The position numbers were made by a program, and so were the translations under genes. This document shows positions 1 through 12,375 of a DNA stretch of 64,000 bases, one piece after another. The first letter of the stretch is position 1. Each line of letters begins with the position of its first letter. The stretch lies in the NCBI RefSeq assembly GCF_018350175.1, contig NC_058368.1:3844001-3908000 (forward strand), given 5' to 3'. The notes beneath the pieces are model-generated. The model had not been told where the DNA came from. It searched no databases and worked only from the letters and a program-made list of their open reading frames with translations. This DNA is from Felis catus (Eukaryota).

Positions 1-563
1 CACACCTATAAATGGTACAGGCTCGTAGTTGGTGCAAGCTTATGACTTTGCTTTCTACCCAGTGGTTCATCTTTCTATCACAAGCCTTAGAGAGGGAGGG
101 ATCCCTTCTTGTACTTTCTTTGCATGGTGGGAGCTCTGGCCTTCTGCTGGACAGAGGCCAACTCTCCCGTCTTTGTTGAGCGTTAGGATTCAGGCTCAAT
201 ATCTAGGCCCTAGATCCATAAGTGGATCTAATAACCTGCATCTCTGCCTCTAATTTCCATTCTTTTTTCTAGCCTTGAGAATGTTCCATTCGTTCCTGTT
301 TGACTATATATTTGTAAAGTATTACATTTTGTGAAGAATTTCCGTGTCTTGGTGCTGCAAATGGTGCTCTCTCATGTCTTCTCAGTCCATTATATTGGAA
401 GAACTCTGTGGGTGTAATAAATTTCACTATTTGGGGGGAATACTTCCTATGCAACCATTTCTGAAGATAATTGTGATATTACGAAAAATAAGCTGTACTA
501 GCTAGATTCTGAGCTAGATTCACAAAAGGACTCCATGACATTCATTATCTAAATTTTATTTTG

Positions 564-774
564 GGGGTACCTGGGTGGCTCAGTCGGCTGAGCATCCGAC
601 TTCGGCTCAGGTCGTGATCTCGCGGTCCGTGAGTTCGAGCCCCGCGTCGGGCTCTGTGCCGACAGCTCGGAGCCGGGAGCCTGCTTCGGGTTCTGTGTCC
701 CCCTCTCTCTCTGCCCCTCCCCTGCTCACGCTCTGTCTCTCTCTGTCTCAAAAATGAATAAAACATTAAAAAAA
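564..774 (+). mobile_element. Can-SINE (feliform SINEC)
   Basis: tRNA-derived head with A/B boxes, CT tract, A-rich tail; flanking AATTTTATTTT repeat. Confidence 0.95.
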
Positions 775-802
775 TTGTTTAATTTTATTTTTTTCAAAGT
801 GT

Positions 803-988
803 TTTTTTAACTGTATTTATTCTGAGAGAGAGAGAACAAGCAGAGGAATGGCAGAGAGAGAGGGAGAGAGAGACTCCCAAGCAGGCTCTTCTCTGGCAGC
901 ACGGAGCCCAATCTCATGAATTGTGAGATTGTGATCTGAACCCAAATCAAGAGTCAGATGCTTAACTGATGGAGCCAGCCAGGCGCCG
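803..988 (-). mobile_element. Can-SINE (older, diverged)
   Basis: Reverse-complement SINE ending ...CCAGGCGCC; tail-to-tail with the 564-774 copy. Confidence 0.9.
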
Positions 989-1549
989 CTAATTAAATCT
1001 TAAATAAACCAAATTTTAACCGACCTCTGGGATTTTCAAATTAGCAATAAAGTTAAATGCTATATTAAATGATATTGAATGATTAGATGTATAATAAGAG
1101 TAATTCTCATTTATGTTCATCTGTGGATTAAGTTGGTTATCTAACCTGTTGTTTATTTTTGAGCTGTCTACACCTTTACTACGAAATTTTGTTTTTATTT
1201 ATTAGTATTTCTTCCAAATATTCATTGGAAAGTGAGGACAGACATCAGGACAGTTTTGAGCATTCGGTTGCTTGAAACTAATAAATTGAGGTTTGGGTGT
1301 TTTATTTACCTTGTGACGTAAAACTGAGACCTGAAGTATGAATTTGTGGTCAGGACAGGTACTCAAGTTAAGTACTGGTTGATTTTAGATTTTTACTTTG
1401 CAGGGAGCGTGAAGGGGACATAAGAATGTAATATAATCATCAGATTCACCTCTTGGATTAACCATGATAATGAGACAATAAATTTATTTTAAAGTAGTAA
1501 AACCCAACTAAAACACGACTTGCATATCTACAACGAGAAGTATCAGAAG

Positions 1550-1751
1550 TAGGTAGGCAAGCTTTTTCTGTAAATAATAAATATTTTAGGCTCTGCGGGC
1601 CGTAAGATTTCTGTCACAAGTACACAACTCTGCAGTGGTAGGGTTGGAAATACATAAACAAGTCAGCATGGCTGTGGCCTGGGAAGACTGTCCTTAACAA
1701 AAACAGGTGGCCGGTCTTCTTTGACACACAGGCCATCATTGACCAAACCTG
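1550..1751 (+). mobile_element. MER58A-like hAT-Charlie non-autonomous DNA transposon
   Basis: GGCAAGCTTTTTCTGTAAAT...AAATATTTTAGGCTCTGCGGGCC...ACAAAAACAGGTGGCCGG matches the recalled MER58A consensus. Confidence 0.8.
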
Positions 1752-1829
1752 ATCTGTACTAATGAAAACAATCAATTCCAAAGGAATCAAAACTTCCGTC
1801 GTGAAATAGTTTTCAACATAGACTGACAT

Positions 1830-2740
1830 TGTCAACTTTAAAAATTAAACAACAAAGGCTGTCAAGCAGCAAATTGGTTTATTGGGGCACAGCAGAGAAG
1901 TCGCGGGTTAGGACGCACAAACTACAGGGAACCCCAGGCAAGTCCAGAGAACAAAAACATCCTTTTGTTTGTTTTTAAGTATAATTAATTGTCAAGTTGG
2001 CCAACGTACAGTGGAGATACAGTGTGCTCTTGGTTTTGGGGGCAGATTCCCATGATTCATCACTTACTTACAACACCCAGAGCTCGTCCCAACAGGTGCC
2101 CTCCTCCATGCCCATCACCCACTCTCCCCTCTCCCCCATCCACCCTCAGTTTGTTCTCAGTATTTAAGAGTCTCTTATGGTTGGCCTCCCTCCCTCTCTG
2201 TTTGTAACTATTTTTCCCCCTTCCCTCCCCCATGGTCTTCTGTTAAGCTTCTCAAGATCCACATAGGAGTGAAAACATATGGTATCCATCTCTCTCTGAC
2301 TGACTTATTTCACTCAGCCTAATACCTTCCAGTTCCATCCACGCGGCTGCACGTGGCAGGATTTCATTCTTTCTCATGGCCAAGCAGTATAAACCACACC
2401 TTCTTTATCCATTCGTCAGTTGATGGACATGCAGGCTCTTTCCAGAATTTAGCTATTGTTGAAAGATCTGGAAGAGCAGCCTTTCGTACAGGGAAGAAGG
2501 AAGTTGGGAGGGGTCGTTCTGAACAGATGTTCAATGGGGGAAAATAGGCTGCAAGTGGCGACTGCAGGTGACTGAGGTGGTGACAGCTTGTCTTTGGCCG
2601 CAGGCAAGGGCTGCGTGCGGTCGCCAGACTGAAAGGAAATCTTGCCTCTTCCTGCTGGACTGGGTAGGCCGTGAGGAGTGTCTCCTCCGCCATGACTCCC
2701 AACTCCGTTTTCAGGGAGGTTTCCTTTATTCGTTTTCACA
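1830..2740. mobile_element. Possible solo LTR split by an L1 insertion
   Basis: TGTCA... start and ...TTCACA end with LTR-like composition on both sides of the L1 at 1962-2465; family not assigned. Confidence 0.35.
1962..2465 (-). mobile_element. 5'-truncated felid L1 (3' UTR plus end of ORF2)
   Basis: Minus strand encodes the ORF2 C-terminal motif IAKFWKEPACPSTDEWIKKVW; 3' UTR closely resembles the copy at 57655-58490. Confidence 0.9.
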
Positions 2741-3000
2741 GGAGATTCGTAAACGTGATTTTCTGAGGGGATCACTTCATACAAAATCCTAATACAGTCA
2801 TACTCAAAAGGCTTAGGAAAGAAAGAATTGCGCCTGTTTATTTTTTCTTCATCTTCTTTTTTCACTTCTTGCTTCAGACAGTGAAATAATTCACAAAATT
2901 TAAAAAAAAAACCATATTGCTTTCCTCTCAGGAGGAAAGTTAGGAGCTGAAACTTCAAACTGTTTGTAAGTTCATGGTTGTAAACTACCTCTAATTTATA

Positions 3001-3095
3001 AATGATACCTTAACATATGATACCTTATGATATGATATGATATATGATACCTTATGATACCTTAATAATGATACCAAAAAAATGATACCTTAATA
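3001..3095. repeat. Degenerate ATGATACCTTA tandem repeat
   Basis: About 5 copies of ATGATACCTTA interleaved with ATGAT units. Confidence 0.8.
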
Positions 3096-3149
3096 TATGC
3101 ATCACTGTGAATTTGCTATACGTGTTACGTAACATTAAGGATCATCCTT

Positions 3150-3382
3150 GGGCGCCTGGGTGGCTCAGTCGGTTAAGCATCTGACTTCAGCTCAGGTCAT
3201 GATCTCACAGTTCTTGGATTCAAGCCCTGTGTTGGGCTCTGTGCTGACAGCTCAGAGCCTGGAATCCGCTTCAGATTCTGTGTCTCCCTCTCTCTCTGCC
3301 CCTCCCCCGCTAGCGCGCTCGCGCTCTGGCTCGCTCTCTCTCTGTCTAAAATAAACATTAAAAAACAAAAAAAACAAACAAA
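3150..3382 (+). mobile_element. Can-SINE with target-site duplication
   Basis: Full-length body; TSD AAGGATCATCCTTG at 3137-3150 and 3383-3396. Confidence 0.96.
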
Positions 3383-3904
3383 AAGGATCATCCTTGAATT
3401 TCATCACTATATGAAACTGTTGCGACAGGCCAAAATATAAAAAATTAGAGAAATGTATTTATGTAATCCATATTTAAAGTGGATATTGTATTGTACCTTT
3501 CAGTAAGCCATGATCATCTGCATATTTGGTTTATGACTTTGTTTCTACATATAGTAATCAAATGGAGGCGAGCCGGAAGAGTCATTTTCCTTTAAGAGAT
3601 AAGAATTTATATAAATTGGAAGTAAGGAGGAAAAAAACCCTAAAAATTATTTTATCATGTTTGCCTCGTTTGGCATTTAAAAGATTTTACAGTTTCATTA
3701 AACTATTTAGTTTCATAAAGTCTTCTTTGGTTCATAGTGGGAAGGGCTCCAGATTTTTCTATGTTGCCCGATTTAAAAATATTAACTACTCACTGACAAG
3801 TGATGTTAATCCTTTATTTGCTACACATTAAACATTTGGAAGACGTTTTTCCAACTCATAGATTTTGGTTATTTGTAGATTGTGTTTTCAAATAAAGTCA
3901 GCAA

Positions 3905-4336
3905 AAGGTGGTAATCATTTTGCAGTACATAAATGTATCAAATCAACACACTGTACACCTTATGCCTTTAAAATGTTGTGTGTCAAATATACCTCAGTAT
4001 AGCTGGAAAGAAAATAAATGAATGGAACCCTACTCCCCCATTTCAAAAAAGAAAATACTGTTATATTATATAGTGATGGTTATATATCATTATATATGTG
4101 TCCAAACCTGTAGAGCATACACACCAAGAGTGAACTCTAGGGTAAAATATGGACTTTCAGTGATCATGATGTGTCAGTATAATTCAGCTTTGGTAAAAAA
4201 CGTCATTCCGGTGAGTGGTATTGAAAACGGAGGAGTCTGTGCGTGTGTGGAGGCAGGAGGTATATGGCAAATCTCTGTACCTCCCTCTCAGTTCTGTTGT
4301 AAACCTGAAACTGCTCCGAAAAATAGTCTCTAAAAA
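3905..4336 (+). mobile_element. Two adjacent ancient L1 3'-end fragments (L1MA-like, then L1MC-like)
   Basis: GGTGGTAATCATTTTGCAGTACATAAATGTATCAAATCAACACACTGTACACCTT and CACCAAGAGTGAACTCTAG...AATCTCTGTACCTCCCTCTCAGTTCTGTTGTAAACCTGAAACTGCTC are typical L1M 3' UTR motifs. Confidence 0.75.
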
Positions 4337-4344
4337 ATGAGCCA

Positions 4345-5046
4345 TGCATACATACACCACATTTTCTTTGTCCGTTCATGTGTTGATGGACACTTAGGTT
4401 GTTTCCATATCTTGGCTGTTGTGAACGAGGTCGCAGTGGACTCAGAAGTGAAGCCACGTCTTCAATATCGTGACTTACTTCCTTTGGATATATACCCACA
4501 AGTGGCATTGCTGGATCATGTGATAGTTCTATTTTTAACCTTTTGAGGAACCTCCACCCTGTTTTCCATAATGGCTGCGCCGTTTTACGTTCTCGTCAAC
4601 AGTGTGTGAGAGTTCCGGTTCCTCCATGTCCTCGCCAACACTGGTTATCTCCTGTTGTTTTTGATAATAACCGTTATAACATCTCATACTTTACTGTACA
4701 GTTGAATTTTGCTAAGGTGATAACGTTTAAGTGTTCTGACCAGGGAAGAAAGGCAGGAAGGAAGGAGAGAAGGGGAGGGGGAGGGAAGGAGGGCGGGAAC
4801 CGGTAAGTACTTGAGGTGATAGGTGTGTTAATTAGCTTGATGGCGGGGATCATTTCACATCACGTTGTACACCTACAATTTTGAGGCGCTTGGGTGGCTC
4901 AGTCAGTTAAGCGTCCAACTTGGCCCGAGGTCCTGATCTCCGGTCCAGCCCATGAGTTCAAGTCCCCTATCAGGCTCTGTGCTCACAGCTCAGAGCCTGG
5001 ATCCTGCTTCGGATTCTATGTGTGTCTGCCTCTCCCCTGCTCACAT

Positions 5047-5078
<32 letters not shown>

Positions 5079-5150
5079 AAAAAAATAGCCATTAAAAAAT
5101 TTTTTTTAATAGATGCAGTTTGTATTTGCCAATTATATCTCAGTCTGGGG
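4345..5150. mobile_element. L1MA-like element with an inverted 5' part (4345-4670 minus; 4690-5150 plus), interrupted by a SINE
   Basis: The minus segment carries ORF2-end sequence (PLVGIYPKE...); the plus segment carries 3' UTR motifs TTAATTAGCTTGATGG and TTTGCCAATTATATCTCAGT. Confidence 0.7.
4883..5107 (+). mobile_element. Can-SINE
   Basis: Head, (CT)n and A tail; inserted in an L1 3' UTR. Confidence 0.93.
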
Positions 5151-6749
5151 GTGGAAATTTTCCACAGGATATGCTTTCGACATGATTTCTGTATTATATC
5201 CAAAGTGTGGCTGTCAACTCCTGCCCCAGTCAAACAAACAGATATCTAAAAGTTAATCTGCTGCACTCAGAAAAGGGAGGGGGGAAGATTGAAAGGCCAG
5301 ACTTCCATTAGCAATGGCTTGTGTTGTAGCGCCTCAGAGCTCCTCTGGCTCGCCTGCCCTAATCTCAGACCGCAGACTGTGTGTCTCCGTCCAGCAATCC
5401 GCTCGTCCCGCATCTTTGTCCAAAATGGGATGCCTCATTATTCACTTCAAACCATTCCTGCTCTGCTGCTTAACCTTGCTTTCCGTTCCACTTGTGCTCC
5501 CACACAGCCACGTTGAAACCTTTCACTTGCTAAGTTCCATTAAAGCCTCGCTCTACACGGCCTCCCAGTTTCCTGCATTTGGGTCCAGAGGCCTCTGCTT
5601 CCATGACGCTTGGCAGCTTGGAACCTGCTACCATCTTGGATTGCTCAGCGAATTGTTGTGGAGTTAGGCTTAATGTTTTCCAGCCTCTCAAGTAGGAGCA
5701 CGGAAACCTGCCCCGAACGTCCTTTGCACGTAGGAACTGTCATGAAGAGGCCGAGGCCCTGCCCCTGTCACTTTCTTGGACTGCTGTCCCCCGACCTCCT
5801 TGTCCTCCCCCTCCTTGTCATTTCCCTTCCCGCGTAGCCGGGCCCTTGTTGGTTCCAGAGCTGCCTTGGCCTGGCCAGCACCGTCCGCTTCCACCTGTCC
5901 ACGTGTATCTGCTCCATCCCTGAGAAAAGTCCTGCCATAGGTTAGTCCTGTGCGGCGATTTTCCTGTTCTTCTCCCCCAAATGTCTTTAAAATCCCATAA
6001 ACGTCCAGTGGCCAGTGCTGACCATTCACAGCCTGCAGCCGCAGCTGGCAGGACCCTTTAGCATCACGCTGCTGTGCTTCGCTTGTGCTCGACTTGTTCC
6101 CTCTCCATCCCGTCGGGAGTCATCCCAGACCTCCTCCGTGGTCCTCACCACCCTTCGCTGCTGACCTCCCTCCTCTCGGCTGGGACGATGCCCTGCCTCA
6201 ACTTCCTGTTCTCCCCAACCGTAACCCTAACCGTGCCTGCATCTGTCCTTTCCTCTTCAGAGCTGCTTCCCCGGGTCCTCCCCTCTTGCTTTTCCTTCAC
6301 CTTCTTTAGGCCATTACGCTTCTGTGACCCTCCCCTCCATGGTGCTTTCCCCTATTTACGAATTAGTGCAAGATTAGACATGTATTTGAGGTTTACATGA
6401 AAGACTTGAGAGAGAGAGTGGTTGCACGTATGACTGGTTTATTAAAGACAGAAAATAAATTATTATCAGCCTAGCTTTGAGCTGTGTAAGGCAATCTTAT
6501 CGTGTGTCTATCTTGATCTAGTTTGTATTTGAAAATTTTAATCAACTTACTCCATTAAAAAAATTGGGGCAAAAAAAATGATTTAAGACAGTTTTTGAAC
6601 AATGAAAGGGATATATCGCATCATCCTCAAATCAGTAATTATGTGACATACTCAGTTCCACAAGTAAATGACCGGTATTTCTTGAACAAAATTTTGACGT
6701 ACAATTGTTGTATTTAAAAAAGGAGCAAAACAATATGGGATGAAAGGTA

Positions 6750-7118
6750 AACAATTTTAAAGACTTTGGGGAGAGAGGATAGTTGTAGGTCCACAGCAAA
6801 ATTTAGAAGAAGGTACAACGATTTCCCATATTCCTCCTGCCCCCCCAGTCTCCCCAATATCAACATCTCATCCTACATTTGTTACAGTTGATGAGCCTAC
6901 CGGTGGCAACTATTATCACCCAAAGCTCAGAGTTTGCAATTAGAGTTCACTCTTGGTGTTGTATATTCCACAGGTTTGGACAACTGTATAATGACATGCA
7001 TCCACCATTATAGCACCAGAGAGAATAGTTTCACTGCCCTAGAAGTTCCCTGTGTTCTGTGTATTTAGCCCTTTCTCCCCACAGTTTTCTGGTGACCAGT
7101 GATCTTTTTTTTTTTTAC

Positions 7119-7176
<58 letters not shown>

Positions 7177-7590
7177 GAGAGAGAGGGAGGGAGAAGGACA
7201 GAGAGAGGGGAGCGGCAGAGTGAGAAGGAGAGAAAGAATCCCAAGCTGACAGTGCAGAGCCCGGCAGGGGGCTCGAACTCGCTAACTGTGAGATCGCAAC
7301 CTGAGCCAAGACCAAGAGGCGGACGCTTAACCAACTGAACCACCCAGGTGCCCCACCGCTCATCTCCTTACTGGCTTCGTACTTTTGCCTTTTGCAGGAC
7401 GTCATATGCTCGGAACCACGCAGTAGGTAGCCTCCTCAGACTAGCTCTTTGTACCTAGTAGCATGCATTTAAGTTCCCGTACATCTTCTCAGGGCGTGAG
7501 AGCTCATTTCCTTTCATGGCTGAATAATATTTCATCGCCTGTTTGCACCACAGTTTGCTTATCCATTCACCTACTGAAGGACATCAGGTT
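6750..7590 (-). mobile_element. L1MC-like 3' UTR fragment interrupted by a SINE
   Basis: CATTTGTTACAGTTGATGAGCCTAC...AGAGTTCACTCTTGGTGTTGTATATTC...ATCCATTCACCTACTGAAGGACATC are characteristic L1MC antisense motifs. Confidence 0.8.
7105..7354 (-). mobile_element. Can-SINE with a (GT)24 microsatellite in its tail region
   Basis: Reverse SINE ending CCAGGTGCCCC; (GT)24 at 7123-7170. Confidence 0.92.
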
Positions 7591-7816
7591 TCTGTGAAAT
7601 CTTTTTAAATGCAAAGCTTATTTGACTTGTCTTTCCTGAAAACATTCCTAAAACTATTTCTTTCAATGCGAGTCCATTTAAAAAAAAAAACAGTTGTTTA
7701 TACTGTGGGAAGAAAAAGGCCTGGGATGATCTTCCTCATAAGGTACACCACCATTTGTGTCCAGATAATTGGCTGCGTTCTAGACGTTTGTTGGTAAATC
7801 TAAATATATTTTCTCA

Positions 7817-8015
7817 GGGGCACCTGGGTGGCTCAGTCAGTTAGGAGACTTCGGCTCAGGTCTTGATCTTCCGGTTCGGGAGTTCGAGCCCCAAGTCGGG
7901 TTGTGTGCTGACAGCTCGGAGCCTGGAGCCTGCTTCGGATTCTGTGTCTCCCTCTCTCTCTGCCCCTTCCCTGCTCATGCCCCCCCCCCCAAAAATAAAT
8001 AAACATTACAAAGAA
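7817..8015 (+). mobile_element. Can-SINE
   Basis: GGGGCACCTGGGTGGCTCAGTC head; CT tract partly replaced by a C run; AATAAA tail. Confidence 0.93.
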
Positions 8016-8475
8016 TTTAATATATATACATTTTTTTCTCAGAAATGTATCGTGTATCTGTTATGTTGGAAGGACATTTTTGCAAATGCTTCTTCAAGTG
8101 TTAATGTTGTTAAATAATAGTGTTTCCGTTGCACAAAGCCTAAGTATTATTCAGAGTATCACCTCTGTGTTTCAGTTATTAAAACCAAGAATATATCAGA
8201 ATAGATGATGCTCACCATTGGCCTAAAGAATAAGGATTCAAATGGGATAAGTTTACAGTGACAGTTTGGTAGAAAAGGACTGAGTGTGGCCCAGGAAGAG
8301 AAGGAGGATTCTGCACACACGGTGGGGACAAGCTCACAGCCGCTTGGCGATATACAGCCGTGTGAACCTGAGCAGAGGGTTTTACCAGCCATATCGATAA
8401 ACCGGTAGTGGACTTAATGTCCACATAGTGTAGCCTAGAGGTGAAAAAAAGCTTAACTGCTTCTTGCAAATATAC

Positions 8476-8642
8476 AGAAAGAAGGAAGGAAGGAAGGAAG
8501 GAAGGAAGGAAGGAAGGAAGGAAGGAAGGAAAGAAGGAAAGAAGGAAAGAAGGAAAAAGAAAAGAAACAAAGGGAAAGAAAAAAGAAGAAAGAGAAAGAA
8601 CAAAAGAAAGAAAAGAAAAAAGGAAAAGAAAAGCAAAAAAAA
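8476..8642. repeat. (GAAG)12 microsatellite plus degenerate GAAA polypurine tract
   Basis: Perfect GAAG units at 8481-8528, then GAAA/GAAAA variants. Confidence 0.95.
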
Positions 8643-9450
8643 TCTCACTTTGGGAGCTAAAGCAATTACTTCATGCTATTGAGTTGAAATGAACTGTCAA
8701 AAATGACTAAGCTTTCAGTTATACTCCAAGGCATAAAGGTGAACTGAACAGAATCACGTTCCAAAAGAGAGCACTCACGTTGCCAGGGATTGAAAGTGGG
8801 ATACGATCTACAGAGGAATCGGGAATCCTGAAAGTCTGGCTCGAACCAAGGCCACAAGCTGTCCTCAATCCTGGGCTCCGTTTAAGCTTTTACTGAACCT
8901 GAAGTATGCTATTTTCCTTTTGTCTGGTTATCTAGGGTTTTGTGAGAGACCAGACTTCTTTCAGGAGTCAGATCCGCGGAAGGGAACACCATGGTGGCCG
9001 CCAACAGTTGTCGCGCGTAGCTAAGGACCCTCGTAGCCCCGTGATAAACACGTCGGTGACCGATTTCCATCTTGAAGGTGACAGTGTGAGGTTAATAGTT
9101 ACACAGTGCCCTCCCGAAAGCATTCAGAAGCAACAAGGAGAGAGAAACCCATGCACACTCTAGTTGAGGCAAAAGTAGGAGACAGCTAACACCCAAACAC
9201 AAAATTAGTGGAAAGTTGCCCCCAAAGAGTGGGAATCGAACAGGGGTATGTCTGAAAGAATAGCGAGAGAGGCCACTGGAGCTGCAGACTCAGAAACCCG
9301 GGTGTGTCCTGCGTGGTGCAAAGCGTGCACGTCTCACAGGGAGGACAGGAAGTGCACACGCGGACGGCAGGTGGGCAGACAGAGTCGCACAGGTCGGTCG
9401 CACGTCCAGGAGGCAACCTGTTAAAGCTGAGCATAGACGGACCTTGTATT

Positions 9451-9556
9451 AGGGGAGGGGAGGGGAGGCGAGGGAAGGGAGGAGGAGGGAAGGGGGAGAA
9501 GGGAGGAGGGGAGTAAGGAAGGGAGGGAGGGAGGGAGGCGGGAAGGGAGGGAGGGC
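9451..9556. repeat. G-rich polypurine low-complexity tract
   Basis: Many GGG/GGGG runs separated by A (GGGGA, GGGA units). Confidence 0.85.
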
Positions 9557-10249
9557 TGACTGGGAAGCGAACATCGGACAAGCACAAAAACTCCGGGTCG
9601 TGAGGAAAATTGCGGTCAGCCCGGAACGTCTCCCATCCCGGCACAGACCTCCTGAAAGCAGCCACTCAGAAGAAGGGAGAGAGGAGAGGGACGGCTGTAT
9701 GGAGCGGGCTTGTCGGCGGAGGCGAGCAGCAGTGCGCTGACCGTGTCCGTCCCCCCCGTGTGTTTCTGAGTCTGGCATCTGGAAGAGCGTCTCCTCTCAC
9801 ACTGGGCCGGAGCGACGTCGTTGTGCAGCTGTGGCTCCGTCCTTGGGGACCCACGAGACTGGCCTAGGCAACCGGACTGATAGCGGGGCCCCTGTTGTGC
9901 CAGACACGTCGGAAGTGCTGCAGAGGGTCCTGGAGAATGGTAGGTGTTATGTTATACATCCCCTGCTTGGTTCTGCTGTGTTGCCACGGCTGAGAACCAC
10001 TGTTCTTCATGCCTCAGTCTCTCTGGCTTTGTCTGTGCTTTTCCACACACCATGTTCCCACCCCGGGGCCTTGCTTGTGCCTCTTCAACATAGAAGACCG
10101 TTCCCGCCCCAGGGCCATTGCATGTGCCACCCCTTGCCCGTGTCACACTTTGCCCTAGTATTTTCACGATTAGTTCTTTCTCATTATTCAGATCATCCCA
10201 CAAAGGCCTGCCCTAGGTATTTAAAATATTCTCCCCATCACCCTATTTC

Positions 10250-10451
10250 TTTTTTTTTAATGAACAAAAAAATTTAAGTGTTTATTTTTGAGAGAGAGGC
10301 AGAGTGCGAGCAGGGAAGGGGCAGAGAGAGATGGAGACAGAATCTGAGCTGTCAGCACAGAGCCCGACGCAGGGCTCGAACTCATGAACCGTGAGATCAT
10401 GAGCTGAGCCACAGTCAGACGCTCAACCGACTGAGCCACCCAGGTGCCCCC
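10250..10451 (-). mobile_element. Can-SINE (internal deletion)
   Basis: Reverse SINE lacking the GAAGCAGGCTCCAGGCTC segment. Confidence 0.92.
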
Positions 10452-10463
10452 TTATTTATTTTC

Positions 10464-10678
10464 TTTTTTTTTTAAGTTTATTTATTATGGAGAGATCGAG
10501 GTAGACAGAGCATGAGCAGGGGAGGGGTAGAGAGAGGGGGAGACACAGAATCCGAAGCAGGCTCCGGGCTCTGAACTGTCAGCACAGAGCCCGACATGGG
10601 GCTCAAACCCACGAACCATGAGATCACAACCTGAGCCAAAGTCAGACGCTCAACCGACTGAGCCACCCAGGGGCCCCC
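10464..10678 (-). mobile_element. Can-SINE
   Basis: Reverse SINE in tandem with the previous copy; both heads are followed by CTTATTTATTTTCTT. Confidence 0.93.
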
Positions 10679-10684
10679 TTATTT

Positions 10685-10860
10685 ATTTTCTTAGTAAACT
10701 TGCCACTGTAAGAAACCTTCTTGTTCATTGTTTTCACATTTATTGACTGTTTCCTCTCAACTAGAATATAAGCTCTAAGAAGGCAAGGCGTCCTTTGTCC
10801 TGTGCACTCTGGTGTCCTTAGCATCTAGAACAGTGTTTGGGACCAACGTGGTGCTCATTG
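10685..10860 (+). mobile_element. L2 3'-end fragment
   Basis: ACTAGAATATAAGCTC...AAGGCAAGG...CCTTAGCATCTAGAACAGTGTTTGG...GGTGCTCA is an L2 terminal motif series. Confidence 0.7.
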
Positions 10861-11764
10861 GATCAAAAACAGCAGACGTGGCCTCAGCAGGATCCTGGTG
10901 GCCTTTAAGTATAAGCGGTTCGTATAAGACAAACCAAGTCAGCATCCCAGAAAAATGATTTTAGAGACTCAGTCATGAATTCCATTTAACAACCACCATA
11001 TACAATGGGAAGCATTTCCATACAGCTACCTAAAAAGGCTTTACTTTTCTTAGATAATTACTGAGATGAGAACTGAATTTCTCCTTTATTCTAGCAGACA
11101 GACATAAAAACAAATCAACAAAAGCAACTCTTGTGTGACAGAGACAACCCTTGACGAATATTATTTAAATAAATCACCAAATGACAGACAACTGCTGTTA
11201 CCATTCACTCTGTTGTGCTGTTATCATATTTTACCAAATCTAAAATGTCCATTTCTTACATTTTGATAGCTCTTACTTGCGATGCATATTGTAATTAGTG
11301 TTATAGTTTAATTTGCAGAGGTACTTCCTTAGTGCTGAAAAACATCCGTGGTCTTAAAATCATCAGTCTTTGCTTTGATGAAATAATAGTATGTGGGAAA
11401 GTTCAGAGCTTTTGCATGAGGGTTTCTTGAATCGTTACTATGCCTATGGTTTTCTTTTTTTTTTAGTTTAGAACTACCACCTTAGATTTTCCCATTCTTC
11501 TCTTGCCAAGTCACGTGATGTCTTTTGGTCCCCATCCTTGACCTCCCCAGAGCACGTGGTAGCACAGAATAGTCCCATCGTTTGTGTATGCCACCACAGA
11601 GGATATGGAGTTCTGCACCCCCCAAGTTCTGTTTCATGGCTGATGGCAGGGAGTTGTTCACATTTGTGTTCATCACCTCTCTTCATTTTATGAAGTTTTA
11701 CTCTTGCCACCGTCGTCCCCTCCTTCTCCCACACCAGCTTCTTTATTGCACCGATTTCACTAAA

Positions 11765-12285
11765 ACTTAGGTTAGATTTCTACGTTGCCAATTGTCAAAT
11801 ACCAACTCTATAGTTTTCGATGAAGAAAGGCAATGTGCCGACCGACGCAGCCGAAAAAGTATGAGACTGCAGCTGATTTAGGCATGCCGTGATTCGTGGA
11901 CTTGAAGTTACCATGCATTTTTCTCGTCGCCCAGCTCCAGCCCTCGTGCTGTCAGGTGGTCATGGCCGCTCACAAGCCAGGCTCGAATCGCTGTCAGCTT
12001 CAAGTCCAGCAGAAACCAAAGTGTGTCTTGTCAGTCACTGAAGCGAAAGTCGTGGGGCTGCTCTGACTGAGGCTGGTTGGTTTCGATGGACTCATCCTGA
12101 AAGCATCTCTGTGGCCAAGAGAGCACCTTGCTCTGCTCAGCCCGGGCTGAGTCACATGACCTGCCACTGAACCTGGGAATGGCATTGATGTGACTTGACC
12201 GAACGAATAGACTAAAAGCAAGGTAGGGGTGGCTGCTCAAAAAGAAAACCCAGCGGTCGTTACCAGTGGTAGAGTTAATGGATGT
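11765..12285. mobile_element. Old MaLR (MLT1-type) LTR remnant
   Basis: GTTAGATTTCTACGTTGC...AATACCAACTC...GAGTCACATGACC...TGATGTGACTTGACC pattern of old MLT1 LTRs; highly diverged. Confidence 0.4.
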
Positions 12286-12375
12286 TGAGAAACGAACAAA
12301 AAGCGTGTATTTCTACGTTTTCTTGGAATGAACGTGTTCATGTTTGCCATTTTCAAGTTTTCAGTTTCTCATTTT

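Noticed and set aside
8382..8692. Lys/Arg/Glu-rich and Phe/Leu-rich ORFs
   Set aside because: Translations of the GAAG/GAAA microsatellite.
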